DNA of 64,000 nucleotides from a virus. How positions within the stretch are numbered: the stretch's first letter is position 1; every line of letters starts with the position of its first letter. Position numbers and translations under genes: made by a program. The notes beneath the pieces were generated by a model that did not search any database, was not told the origin of the DNA, and saw only the letters and a list, made by a program, of their open reading frames with translations. The stretch covers positions 86,337 to 150,336 of the IMG/VR virus record IMGVR_UViG_3300042197_002946; one strand, given 5' to 3'. Of the stretch, positions 32,746 through 42,610 are shown piece after piece.

Positions 32746-34367
32746 GATTCTGGTATAAAACACTTTTCCACAATCAAACCGCTGCCAGCCTTTTTAGATT
32801 TGGTACCTATAAATACCAACACTTCGTTTTCTTTTAATAGATCTTTAAACTCACCATATTGTTCTGGAAACATTACTACAGAATCCAAACCTCCTGAGCT
32901 ATCAAAAATCTCCAGAAAGGACATATTCGCCCCTTTATTTTTTCCTTGTTTGGTTTTGATCACACTTAACCTACTAATCTCTCCCATGATAGCAACCTTT
33001 TTTCCTCCAGTTACTCCTTGAAAGTCTTTGCAAGATATCAAATTAGACTCATAATTTTGCATATAACAATCTGTTTTAGTGCATGTCAAAGGAATACCTA
33101 ATAATGCTGCTTCGGTCTCTGCTATCCACTGCATATTATCTTTTAATGAATATGGTGGATGGTCTATGCTATTGATAAATTCTTGTATTAGTACTTGTCT
33201 CTTTTTTGTTACTTTACATGTGGTTAATAGTTTGATAAAAACATCTTTAAATTTGATGCTTGTGATATCTATATTATTAGTTGTGATTTGTTCTAATTCT
33301 TTTTTAGTTAGCTTATTAAGCATTTCTAAATAAAATAGTAGCTCTGTTCTAGGTATTTTATAGTCATCGAAAGCCCCTACGGAAACAATCGCCTTTGCTG
33401 CTGCACTATTAACATTGGTCAATAATCTACAAAACGTTGGTATTATTCCAGTTATATTTTTATTTATTAAATCCAAATGCAACTTTTCAATTGCTTCGTA
33501 TACCGATTCCCCCACTCCTTTAATATTAGTAAGTCCAAAATAAATTTTATTATCAATAATAGTAAATTCTTTGTTCATAAATTTAAATTTAGGTAATAAA
33601 ACCTCTATATTCATGGAACTAGCATTGTGTACCAACTCTTTAATTTCTTGATGTGGGTCTATTTTATCTTTAGCAAATCTTAGGTAGGAGACAAAAAAGA
33701 TCTGTGGAAAATGTGCCTTAGCATATGCTGATAAATAACCATTGATAGCATAGCTAATAGCATGACTTTTATTAAAAGAATATCTTTGGCTTTTTTCAAT
33801 CCATCCGAAAATTTCTTCTGCCTCATGAGCATTAACGATACCCTTAGTATTACAGCCATTGATAAAAACTGTTTTCAACTTGGCCATCTCTTCTGGTTTT
33901 TTCTTACCAATGGCTTTTCTTAACATGTCGGCTTCTTGTAAATCAAACCCAGCCAACTCCTGTGCTATTTGCATACTTTGTTCTTGATAAACCATTTCTC
34001 CATATGTGGTTTCGAGAATATTTTTTAGACTGGGGTTATAATAGTCTATACTCTCTTGTCCATTTTTTCTATCAATGAAATGATTACTAACGCTCTTGCC
34101 TTCTCGAATAGCCTCTAGACATCCTGGTCTCATAATGCTAATCAAGCCAGCCAGTTGCTCTATATTTTCTGGCTTTAGCTTTTTCGCCATGCTCTGACCT
34201 AGTCTAGACTCTAATTGAAAACATCCCTTAGTATTACCATCGGATATTAATTCCCAAGTTCTAGAACAGTCTAGAGGAATAGAGTTTACGTCAAACTCTA
34301 ACAATTCTGTATTTTCGCTGTCTACAGGAAACTTACAGCCACAATCAAACTGATAATATTTTGTCAT
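32742..34367 (-). CDS. dnaE: DNA polymerase III alpha subunit, C-terminal half (fingers, HhH, OB fold)
   Basis: IPLD...GCFQLES, RPG, ETTYG..VYQEQ.M, AD.LRKAIGKK, YSFNKSHA, GLTNIKGVG, C-terminal OB fold. Confidence 0.92.
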   Translation of the reverse strand: MTKYYQFDCGCKFPVDSENTELLEFDVNSIPLDCSRTWELISDGNTKGCFQLESRLGQSMAKKLKPENIEQLAGLISIMRPGCLEAIREGKSVSNHFIDRKNGQESIDYYNPSLKNILETTYGEMVYQEQSMQIAQELAGFDLQEADMLRKAIGKKKPEEMAKLKTVFINGCNTKGIVNAHEAEEIFGWIEKSQRYSFNKSHAISYAINGYLSAYAKAHFPQIFFVSYLRFAKDKIDPHQEIKELVHNASSMNIEVLLPKFKFMNKEFTIIDNKIYFGLTNIKGVGESVYEAIEKLHLDLINKNITGIIPTFCRLLTNVNSAAAKAIVSVGAFDDYKIPRTELLFYLEMLNKLTKKELEQITTNNIDITSIKFKDVFIKLLTTCKVTKKRQVLIQEFINSIDHPPYSLKDNMQWIAETEAALLGIPLTCTKTDCYMQNYESNLISCKDFQGVTGGKKVAIMGEISRLSVIKTKQGKNKGANMSFLEIFDSSGGLDSVVMFPEQYGEFKDLLKENEVLVFIGTKSKKAGSGLIVEKCFIPES

Positions 34368-35053
34368 TGCGTTACAAAAGAGTCCCTAAATTTAATCTTC
34401 TTAGATAAGTTTCTGTGCAATCTCATGAATCGAATCAATAATTCTGCACAGTCTTGTACGTCTTTAAGAGCATCATGAGCGCCGGCTTTGCTAATGCCCA
34501 TATAGTCTCTGATATTATCCAGAGATAGGTTCTTAATGTCTCCGTTGCTTTCAAACCAATAGAATAATAGATTCATCATATCAAGAGTATCTCGTGGATA
34601 GAATAAGCTTGACCCATTCTCATTGTTTACGTATCCTAATTTTCTACTAAATCTCTCAACTATTTTCATATCAAACCGTATAATGTTATACCCAGAAGCA
34701 ACAGGAGCAGAAAACATGCTTTTTTTGCTTCTATTCAGATGATATATTTCTAAATATTGTGCAAACATTGACCACGCTTGTTGCTGGGACATGGAGTTCT
34801 TCCACGATTCCAGTATTTGCTCTTTAGTAGAGTTTCTGACCTTAGCATGAAACTCTAATATGTCCGAATCGCTGTATGTATGATTAGGGTCATTCTCCAG
34901 TTTTTCTGGCTTGACCTGAATATTAAACTCAGAATCTTTCACAATAGATAGATTGTATGGATCTACTATAATAGCGGCTATTTGAACAGGACTACAGGTC
35001 TCTGTATCAATACCGTCTGTTTCAAAATCAAAAACGCATATTTTATTTTTCAT
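34364..35053 (-). CDS. DEDDh 3'-5' exonuclease (DnaQ/epsilon-like)
   Basis: VFDFETDG, GYNIIRFD, AHDALKD. Confidence 0.9.
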   Translation of the reverse strand: MKNKICVFDFETDGIDTETCSPVQIAAIIVDPYNLSIVKDSEFNIQVKPEKLENDPNHTYSDSDILEFHAKVRNSTKEQILESWKNSMSQQQAWSMFAQYLEIYHLNRSKKSMFSAPVASGYNIIRFDMKIVERFSRKLGYVNNENGSSLFYPRDTLDMMNLLFYWFESNGDIKNLSLDNIRDYMGISKAGAHDALKDVQDCAELLIRFMRLHRNLSKKIKFRDSFVTQ

Positions 35054-37599
35054 TGTAGGATACTAGTATCGTCCTGTAGGGCTTCCAGAATAGAGAATGT
35101 ATTATTATAGTATATTTGTAAATCTAACTTAGGTCCGCATACTATCCCGGAATCTGTGCGAACCCTCACACATCCTATAAGATAGTTGGCAGACATGGGT
35201 CTGTCCAGAGTAATTTTTGTAATATTAAGTATTGGATCGTAGACTACTCTTGTCGCATTAAGAGTAGCTGTTTGTTGATAAATATTGTCTATTTCTTCTT
35301 TTGTAGGATCTGGATTAGCTGATCTGAGCCAATAACTAACTTTAACAGCACCAGGCAAAATTTTACCCGTAACATTATATGGAACAATCAATGTTCGCCT
35401 ATCTGGTTTGTATTCATATTTAAATTGATTATTTATAGTGGGAACCAATTCTCTACTAAAATACGTATAGCACACTATCCTATCAATTGGAATATAAATA
35501 TAATGACTACTATCAACTATAGTTACAGAACCGCCGCGATTAGACACATAATTGCGTATAGGATTATACATTTTGATATAACTATCAGTAGATTTAGTGC
35601 TAGCAGAAGTTTTTAATAGAGGGGTGTTAGATTTAGCGTCAAAATATATTTTACCCTGTAGTTGAGTATTAAAAATATCTCTTAAAAAACGAAAAGAATC
35701 GCCGGTAACTTTTTCATATTTAACTGTTTGGGGAGCATTAGGTATATGACCAACACCATCTTCATCAGGAATACCTGTGATAATGGCTTGATATAGCTCA
35801 TCTAATTCTATTTTGGTAATGCCAAAAAATTGTTTAGTTAATTCTGGATTGGTTTTTTCTGCTAAAAAATATTCTATGAGCTGCTTAGCATAAGTACCGA
35901 CATTATATGTGATATATCTACGACCACTCGCGGCAAAATCATCAACAACTACATAACATGCATACAGCCATTCTGTTAAAGACGCATCAATCGGAGGCTC
36001 TTTATTCCACCCATTACAAGTTGGAATCGGATCTTCTGGCTGTTGGGCTCTGATACGAATATAAGGATCAACAAAATTTTGAGCAAATGCACTGCTACCT
36101 TGAGATAACTCGTATCTGATAAGATACGGCTCTGTTAAAAATAAATCTTCGATGATAACTCGGTTGTTTTCGTCTACTGGCCAATTAACAGTCTGGTAAA
36201 CTATCTGTGGATCAGTGGCATCTTTAGGATTGGTCTTAGTATGAAAAAACCCTTTACCAGGAGCCATAAATAAATCAAAAATATTACTTTCTAAAGTATT
36301 AAATGACTCACACAAACCTTGATATAGCCAAAATTTATTAGCAGTACTATATTTGATAGGTTCTTGTTTGTCATTGACTCTGAAAAAGTATAACGGAGCA
36401 CTTCTATCGTACGAATTGACAGGTGGAGGGTTATCGGGATATGTTATAGTACCGCCTCGACCTAGATCTATTCCATGCAAATTAAAAGCATCTCCAGGTA
36501 GCAATTTATATGCACTTATATCTTCAAAATATGATGGAAAAGAAGACTTAGAAAAAATTTCTCTAGCATTTATTTTTTCAACAGGAGTATCTAAGTGTAA
36601 TTCGTCATCCTCATTGTCTGTAAAATGCAAGCCTCCGAACAAGATAATATCTAATAGATTTCTTTTATTTGTAGCCAACATCATACCTTTTAAGGTAAAT
36701 GGGTCTAGCTTATTAGGATACGATGAACCCAAATAGTCTATACCTGCCAGAGCTGAATTAAAAGCAAAGCTTGTCCCATATTGCTCTTGAGCAGATAGTA
36801 CGTTTGGCCTATTATCGGACAATAAGTCTCCTATAGTAAATGTATCTATAGAGGGATATGTGGCCTCTACCTCGCTTAAAAGTTCTTTATATTTTCTATG
36901 CATACACAATGCATTTACTGGACAACAACCAGGAGCTATTTGATATGTGTCTACTTTTTTATAAAGCAGCCTGTCTCTATTGAAGGGGTCGTAAAGGGTA
37001 AAGTAATCTCCTATTGCTAGTCTGCCAAAAGTAGTAAACTCTCTCGGCACTAAATCACCAGACCAATCGGTATAAACTTGCACACCGCTACTAATCCTGG
37101 CGATAATAGTTTTAGGCCCAGTATCGACTGTTAAAAAAAGCTCTCCTTCGGGGTCTTGATAAGACAGAGGGGTGATTTGGCGATATGTTTCAACAAAGTC
37201 TGACCCCAAATTTTGAAAAGTTCCCACGCCGTATGTTTTTTCGCTAGTTTGTGATATTAATGTAAAATATAAACCAATATTAATATCTATATTTTTACTT
37301 GTATTTATTGGAAAATTTATTTGTGTCGGCATTGTTAAATATAGAGTTTCTGCTGGCATAGCCATTTGGCCCTCTACATTAGACCCCCACATCCATATAC
37401 TCTTATCTTGCTTAAGTGCTACTGAATGATTGGCACCAACCTTAGCTTCTATCCAAGGTATAGCATCATATTGAGGGATACCAGTAATAACCTTATAAGT
37501 TTCTGCGGTGTCTTTAACATTTCCTATGCCCAACTGACCATACTGATTATCTCCAGACGAATATAGAATACCTTCTTCTATATACAGAATATGTCCCAT
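35050..37599 (-). CDS. Mosaic protein: N-terminal RCC1 repeats plus unknown domains
   Basis: YSSGDNQYGQLG, VGANHSVAL, WMWGSNVEGQ. Contains an internal copy of the neighbouring 60-aa protein motif. Confidence 0.65.
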   Translation of the reverse strand: MGHILYIEEGILYSSGDNQYGQLGIGNVKDTAETYKVITGIPQYDAIPWIEAKVGANHSVALKQDKSIWMWGSNVEGQMAMPAETLYLTMPTQINFPINTSKNIDINIGLYFTLISQTSEKTYGVGTFQNLGSDFVETYRQITPLSYQDPEGELFLTVDTGPKTIIARISSGVQVYTDWSGDLVPREFTTFGRLAIGDYFTLYDPFNRDRLLYKKVDTYQIAPGCCPVNALCMHRKYKELLSEVEATYPSIDTFTIGDLLSDNRPNVLSAQEQYGTSFAFNSALAGIDYLGSSYPNKLDPFTLKGMMLATNKRNLLDIILFGGLHFTDNEDDELHLDTPVEKINAREIFSKSSFPSYFEDISAYKLLPGDAFNLHGIDLGRGGTITYPDNPPPVNSYDRSAPLYFFRVNDKQEPIKYSTANKFWLYQGLCESFNTLESNIFDLFMAPGKGFFHTKTNPKDATDPQIVYQTVNWPVDENNRVIIEDLFLTEPYLIRYELSQGSSAFAQNFVDPYIRIRAQQPEDPIPTCNGWNKEPPIDASLTEWLYACYVVVDDFAASGRRYITYNVGTYAKQLIEYFLAEKTNPELTKQFFGITKIELDELYQAIITGIPDEDGVGHIPNAPQTVKYEKVTGDSFRFLRDIFNTQLQGKIYFDAKSNTPLLKTSASTKSTDSYIKMYNPIRNYVSNRGGSVTIVDSSHYIYIPIDRIVCYTYFSRELVPTINNQFKYEYKPDRRTLIVPYNVTGKILPGAVKVSYWLRSANPDPTKEEIDNIYQQTATLNATRVVYDPILNITKITLDRPMSANYLIGCVRVRTDSGIVCGPKLDLQIYYNNTFSILEALQDDTSILQ

Positions 37600-37628
37600 A
37601 AGCTGTCCTACTTACTAAATGCTACAAG

Positions 37629-37811
37629 CTATTTTATTGTGACAGTAGCATTGTCCGGAATAAAAGTCTTTTCTCCGCTACTCACAACAACAGCATTGAG
37701 CTTTCTACAACAAGATACTCTAACTTCTGGTGTTTTTCTGTATTCAGTATTGTTGTGAATAAAGACGGTGTCTATAGTAATATTAGCAAATGTTGTTTGA
37801 TGTTCCGACAT
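37629..37811 (-). CDS. Small hypothetical protein with a CC motif
   Basis: 60 aa with a GGGA RBS; overlaps the end of dnaE-N; motif TTF...YxK...CC..NA. Confidence 0.7.
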   Translation of the reverse strand: MSEHQTTFANITIDTVFIHNNTEYRKTPEVRVSCCRKLNAVVVSSGEKTFIPDNATVTIK

Positions 37812-39657
37812 AGTTATTTCCCTTTAATAAAGATTGAATACACATAATTTTATCTAACATACCAATACCTAGAATGTCAAACTTTACTATACCAAGAGAT
37901 TCTAAATCTTGCATTTCCATACCTGCAATACTATTTCCGGTCTTAGAATCATACACCATTGGACATATTCCATCTAGATTATGGGCTGATATCGCAATAC
38001 CGGCTGCGTGTTTAGATTGATTTGATTTGGTTCCTTCTAATCTAATAGCTTGCTCAAAGCGTTTTGCAAACAAGCCCGATATTGAGCCGTCATCATTAAT
38101 TTGGCACCAATCTTTAAATTTATCTGGAGTATTCTCTAAGGCCCATTGAATAATGGAAGATTCTCCTCTATCTTCTTTCATTTCTTGAAGATCATCCGCT
38201 ATCTTCGCTTCGTCCGGAATGTTTTTAGTAATTTGATTCATTTCCTCATAAGATAAACCTCCATATACTCTCAACACCTCTTTTAAGGCGCCTCTTCCTT
38301 TCATAGTATTAAATGTAATCATCTGAGATACCTTATGAGTCCCATACTTATTTTTAATATAGCCAATAACATTATCTCTTGTTGTCATAGGCACATCGAT
38401 ATCAATATCTGGCATAGATATTCTATCAGTAGAATTTCTTCCAGCATTATAGAATCTCTCAAAAAGCAAATCATATTTAATAGGATCTATATTGGTAATT
38501 TCTAATAAATAAGATACCAAACAACCAGCAGCACTTCCTCGACCCGGACCAGGAAGCCAAGAATTTGTTCTAATATAATTTACAATGTCTTGAACGATTA
38601 AAAAATATCCAGACAAGTTAGCCCCTTGTAATACAGATAGTTCCTGTTTGATCCTGTCTGCATAAATTTTTTGGTCTTCTTCGGATATTTTGGTAAAACC
38701 ACGTTTTCTCCATCCATCTCTACATAATTGTCTTAAGTATTCATCCTCATTATCTATAAATTGTGGTAGTTGAGGTCTATTAAGAATATTGTATTCTTCA
38801 CACATATCAGCTACTAAATTAGTATTACGCAATTCTTCTTCTGTGTGTAAATTTCTCATTTCCTCATCAGACAAAATATAGAAATTATCGGACTTAAAAA
38901 AGCAGCCAAGAGGCACATCTTCATTATTAATAATCTTTTTATTAATTTCTGGGAAAGTGGTTTTAAGAGTATTACAAAGCAGAACTCTTTGATCTATAGC
39001 GTCCTCTTTGTTGGCATAGTGGGCATCGGGAGTGGCTACTACTTTTAATTGGTGCTTTTTAGCTAAGCTGCGAATAATATCTGTCAGAGTAATTTGGAAT
39101 GGTAAATGATCTTTATCCATTAATTGGGCTTCTAAAAATAATCCGTCAGACCCAAAAATAGACTTTAATTGATCTATTAATAAACTAGCTGGATTCAAAT
39201 CTGATCCATTATTTATGATATCGGCCAAGTTAGAGCCCATGTGACCAGTAATACAGATCAGTCCGGACGTATCCAGGTCTTCGAGTTCGTTTATGCTGAT
39301 CCTGGGCTTTCTATAAAATCTGCTTGGGTCGTTTGATGCAGAAACTAAACTGATAAGGTTTTTCCAGCCTTGGATGTTTTTTGCCAGCACCAACATGTGA
39401 GATAATTGACCGTTATCTTTGTGCTGATTTGTGGACTTGTCTTTACAAATATATAATTCGCACCCTAGAATAGGCTTAATTCCTTGCTTTTTCATAGCCT
39501 GATAAAATGACACAGCTCCAGAGATAGAGCCGTGATCTGTAATAGCACAGGCTGATGACCCTATGTCAGCGCATCTTTTAGCGATCTGTTCGGGCTTACT
39601 GAGTCCGTCTAATAATGAGTAGTGGGAGTGTGTATGAAGAGAGATATATGATGACAT
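37783..39657 (-). CDS. dnaE: DNA polymerase III alpha subunit, N-terminal half (PHP + catalytic palm/thumb)
   Basis: HTHSHYSLLDG, TDHG, GCE, DAHY, GPGRGSAAG, FERF.N, PDIDID, HAAG, KFDILG. Ends about 25 aa after KFD. Confidence 0.95.
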   Translation of the reverse strand: MSSYISLHTHSHYSLLDGLSKPEQIAKRCADIGSSACAITDHGSISGAVSFYQAMKKQGIKPILGCELYICKDKSTNQHKDNGQLSHMLVLAKNIQGWKNLISLVSASNDPSRFYRKPRISINELEDLDTSGLICITGHMGSNLADIINNGSDLNPASLLIDQLKSIFGSDGLFLEAQLMDKDHLPFQITLTDIIRSLAKKHQLKVVATPDAHYANKEDAIDQRVLLCNTLKTTFPEINKKIINNEDVPLGCFFKSDNFYILSDEEMRNLHTEEELRNTNLVADMCEEYNILNRPQLPQFIDNEDEYLRQLCRDGWRKRGFTKISEEDQKIYADRIKQELSVLQGANLSGYFLIVQDIVNYIRTNSWLPGPGRGSAAGCLVSYLLEITNIDPIKYDLLFERFYNAGRNSTDRISMPDIDIDVPMTTRDNVIGYIKNKYGTHKVSQMITFNTMKGRGALKEVLRVYGGLSYEEMNQITKNIPDEAKIADDLQEMKEDRGESSIIQWALENTPDKFKDWCQINDDGSISGLFAKRFEQAIRLEGTKSNQSKHAAGIAISAHNLDGICPMVYDSKTGNSIAGMEMQDLESLGIVKFDILGIGMLDKIMCIQSLLKGNNYVGTSNNIC

Positions 39658-39669
39658 AAAGTTCCAAAG

Positions 39670-40713
39670 TTATTCTGTGCTTCCGGGAGCCTTGTAGTGC
39701 CCTATATTATGACCTGGGGCGGAGTATTCGTCAATCACCATATCCATACCTTTCAACTCTATGTCGTGCTTTACTTGCTCACACTTGGTCATATTGGTAT
39801 GCTTAGCACATGTTTGGTTATCTCTATACTCTTCTAATGGATAAACATGAGTGTTATCAAATGTGGTTTTCCCAAAATGACATAATTTATTGCACATCCA
39901 ACTCTTTTTTAAAGTTGGTTTACGACTCTTTTTGATAATCTCAAATTTATCTTTAAGCATTTTTTCGGTTTGCGGAATATCTGACTTATCAAATAAAATA
40001 CTAAACGGACCACCATCATTAATAAAAAATATCGTAACTATAATGTGATCATAATCTGGATACAGTTGTTGTACAGCATAGTGATAGATTCTTAATTGAG
40101 GGTCGTTCTCTAATTTTTCCTGAGTTTTTTCTTGTCCTGTCGCCCAGTCCAGTCTTCGTCCGGTTTTCCAATCCACTATCTCTAGGGTATTGTCATCTAT
40201 TTTAGTAATAAGATCTATAGTGCCTTTTAGGGCCAGCGTACCACTAAGATTATTGCCATTAATATTATAATTGTATTCAGCCCACTTTTTGTCGATAGTA
40301 ATATCAAAATGTTGTTCTGGACACATAATATTACGATTGCGAGGATCAAACATCCCATTATTAAATTCAATAGCCTTATAGACCCACTTACGGCAATCAT
40401 CAAAGTCTCTTTCAGTCCATTTGTGATGATGACATTTGGTAATATAGTAGTCATAGACATTTTTTATAATCTGCTCCAAATCATATCCATGCGTGGGTAG
40501 TTCTCCAAGGATATCATCATCTATAGACTTTTCTTTGTTCTGCTCTGCTTGTTTAATTACAGCCAGTATTTCTAATACCTTATGGACTATAGTGCCTTTG
40601 TCTGCCTTTTGACCAGACGGACTTCTCCATCCCAGAACATATTCCATAAAGTATTGCTGTTCACACATGGAATGAGTATTATATGACGAGCTTCTAAAAT
40701 ATGTGATTATAAT
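39670..40713 (-). CDS. PD-(D/E)XK RecB/Cas4-like exonuclease (probable ATT/ATA start)
   Basis: GTIVHKVLE, GTIDLI, IVDWKTG, QLRIY, N- and C-terminal Cys (Fe-S-like). The family's N-terminal SxS...C motif lies upstream of the first ATG (40668). Confidence 0.85.
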   Translation of the reverse strand: MIITYFRSSSYNTHSMCEQQYFMEYVLGWRSPSGQKADKGTIVHKVLEILAVIKQAEQNKEKSIDDDILGELPTHGYDLEQIIKNVYDYYITKCHHHKWTERDFDDCRKWVYKAIEFNNGMFDPRNRNIMCPEQHFDITIDKKWAEYNYNINGNNLSGTLALKGTIDLITKIDDNTLEIVDWKTGRRLDWATGQEKTQEKLENDPQLRIYHYAVQQLYPDYDHIIVTIFFINDGGPFSILFDKSDIPQTEKMLKDKFEIIKKSRKPTLKKSWMCNKLCHFGKTTFDNTHVYPLEEYRDNQTCAKHTNMTKCEQVKHDIELKGMDMVIDEYSAPGHNIGHYKAPGSTE

Positions 40714-41459
40714 AATTCACCTCGTTCGAATATTGATTGAAAAAGATTAAAGAGATACATCGATTGATCATATATTGACATATTTTCATTATCAATAACG
40801 TGATCAAAATTTGACCAATCATATCTGTTCTTATCTAAAATTACTTCGCTTATATGGTCAGAAGAATTGTGTTTATCTCTTGTTAATCGAATAACCAAAC
40901 CACCAGCGCTATGTATGGCTTCAACCTCGTTAGGGAATCGACAATCAGTAATCAGGGCCAATTCTGTATTGTCATCTAGAATTTTACTAATAGTAGCTTC
41001 TGGCCATATATTTGGCTTCATGGATCTGAAAATATCAGTACCAACTACCTGCATTACTTCTCTGGCTGTTAAGTATTTATTTTGCCAGTAAACGTTGGTT
41101 ATATCATTTTTATCCATATCGGATCCATAGCATTGATTGTATGTCAATCCTAGCAAATCCATGCAAATATTTTTTTTGAGTATATCAGCAAAGCTATATA
41201 ATTTAATATATGGATTGAGTTGTTTAACTATCTCAGCCACGTCTTTATCTAATATATTGTTATGATTATTTAAATAATATTGATTAATATCTACAGTAAT
41301 AGACGCTCCATTATGTTTTAAAATGTCTATTGTACCTTGATCATTAATCTTAGCTTTTTGGCATAGGTTTTGATCTGCCAAATAGAGACTATAAATAAAA
41401 TTAGCTGATGTATTTTTGCCAGATTGTTTTTTTCCAGAAAATCCTATAATTTTAGTCAT
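40707..41459 (-). CDS. Deoxynucleoside monophosphate kinase
   Basis: GFSGKKQSGKNT P-loop, SFAD.LK, REVMQVVGT, ITDCRFPNE, HISE. Confidence 0.85.
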   Translation of the reverse strand: MTKIIGFSGKKQSGKNTSANFIYSLYLADQNLCQKAKINDQGTIDILKHNGASITVDINQYYLNNHNNILDKDVAEIVKQLNPYIKLYSFADILKKNICMDLLGLTYNQCYGSDMDKNDITNVYWQNKYLTAREVMQVVGTDIFRSMKPNIWPEATISKILDDNTELALITDCRFPNEVEAIHSAGGLVIRLTRDKHNSSDHISEVILDKNRYDWSNFDHVIDNENMSIYDQSMYLFNLFQSIFERGELL

Positions 41460-42610
41460 TCAAACCTCTCTGTTAATTTCGATAACTCAGATATGATCAC
41501 ATCCTTGTTCATATCCGCTATATCTGTTGTGACAAAATTGGGGGTGTATACATTGTATGTTCTGGAGCATTTCTTAGATATTACTGACGTAGCCTTGTGT
41601 CCAGCTTCGTCGTTATCTAGAAGCAAAACCATTTGCATAGCTCCACTGGTATCGATAAGCATTTTCTGAGTATCAGACATAGACGAGCCAAAAATAGCAA
41701 CACTATTTCTAAAACCACATTCTTCTAGTTTCCAAACATTGCCAGGACTTTCCACTACTATAATAGTTTTGGAGTCTCTGATATAGTCTTTGGCATACCA
41801 CATATTGTATAGATGGTTCTGGGTTTTGAAGCCAAAATTATGTTTCCATTTAGAATATTTCCATTTGTGATCTTCTGATGGACATTCTTCTTCTGAATTG
41901 TGATAGCTACTGCATCGTATGCATTTATCCTGAACACTACGACCAGTACAACCTACCATATACTTATGCTCTAAATCATAAATAGGGGCTACAGCTCTAC
42001 CGTACATTTCTTTACCTATCTTATCACATAAGCCTACATCATACTTATCTAGTATAGCAGCACTAAATCCTCTATCTAAGAAATAAGTCGCTGGAATATT
42101 TAAGCTTTGCCTAATGCTATGTCGAGATACCTTCGGAATATCTTCATTAGTTGTCGTGGTAATGTTAGAAACAAATGAAGTAAAAGTATTTTTTTCTACA
42201 GCCTGTTTAGAAATCTGTATATTATCAAAATTATCTTTAAGCATTTTTTTAGCAAAAGCTAGGGCGGCTGAGAATGTTACCGTAGGATCACCATCTTTGA
42301 CCCATCCCATATGATTATGAGATAGAACGCCACGAATAAAACCAATGATAGAAGATTTAAAGGTTTGTTCGCATCCATGTGTGCGACATTTCCAATTACC
42401 TCTGTAATGGTCTCCGTCCGGATATAAATTCAAGGCAGAGTGATTGTCTCCACCATGAATAGGACAAGCCATCGATATCATTTTAGAGGTTTGTTTGTAC
42501 TCTATATCCAAAGCTCCAAGTACGGCCTCTATATTATCACACAAATGATCACAAATTACTTTGAGTTCATTTTGATTATACGAAACTGATTTCTTCATCA
42601 TTGTTTTCAT
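41456..42610 (-). CDS. dnaG: DnaG-type DNA primase
   Basis: CPIH...CRTHGC zinc finger and TOPRIM motifs IVVES / LLLDNDEAG. True start may be 42601 or 42598. Confidence 0.88.
   Translation of the reverse strand: MKTMMKKSVSYNQNELKVICDHLCDNIEAVLGALDIEYKQTSKMISMACPIHGGDNHSALNLYPDGDHYRGNWKCRTHGCEQTFKSSIIGFIRGVLSHNHMGWVKDGDPTVTFSAALAFAKKMLKDNFDNIQISKQAVEKNTFTSFVSNITTTTNEDIPKVSRHSIRQSLNIPATYFLDRGFSAAILDKYDVGLCDKIGKEMYGRAVAPIYDLEHKYMVGCTGRSVQDKCIRCSSYHNSEEECPSEDHKWKYSKWKHNFGFKTQNHLYNMWYAKDYIRDSKTIIVVESPGNVWKLEECGFRNSVAIFGSSMSDTQKMLIDTSGAMQMVLLLDNDEAGHKATSVISKKCSRTYNVYTPNFVTTDIADMNKDVIISELSKLTERFE

Noticed and set aside
32742-39657. Split intein or self-splicing intron joining the dnaE halves
   Set aside because: No intein terminal motifs. 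The intervening DNA is fully occupied by ordinary ORFs, leaving no room for a ribozyme core.
39670-40713. CRISPR-Cas system suggested by the Cas4-like nuclease
   Set aside because: No repeat-spacer array or other cas genes seen. Stand-alone Cas4-like nucleases are common in phage replication modules.
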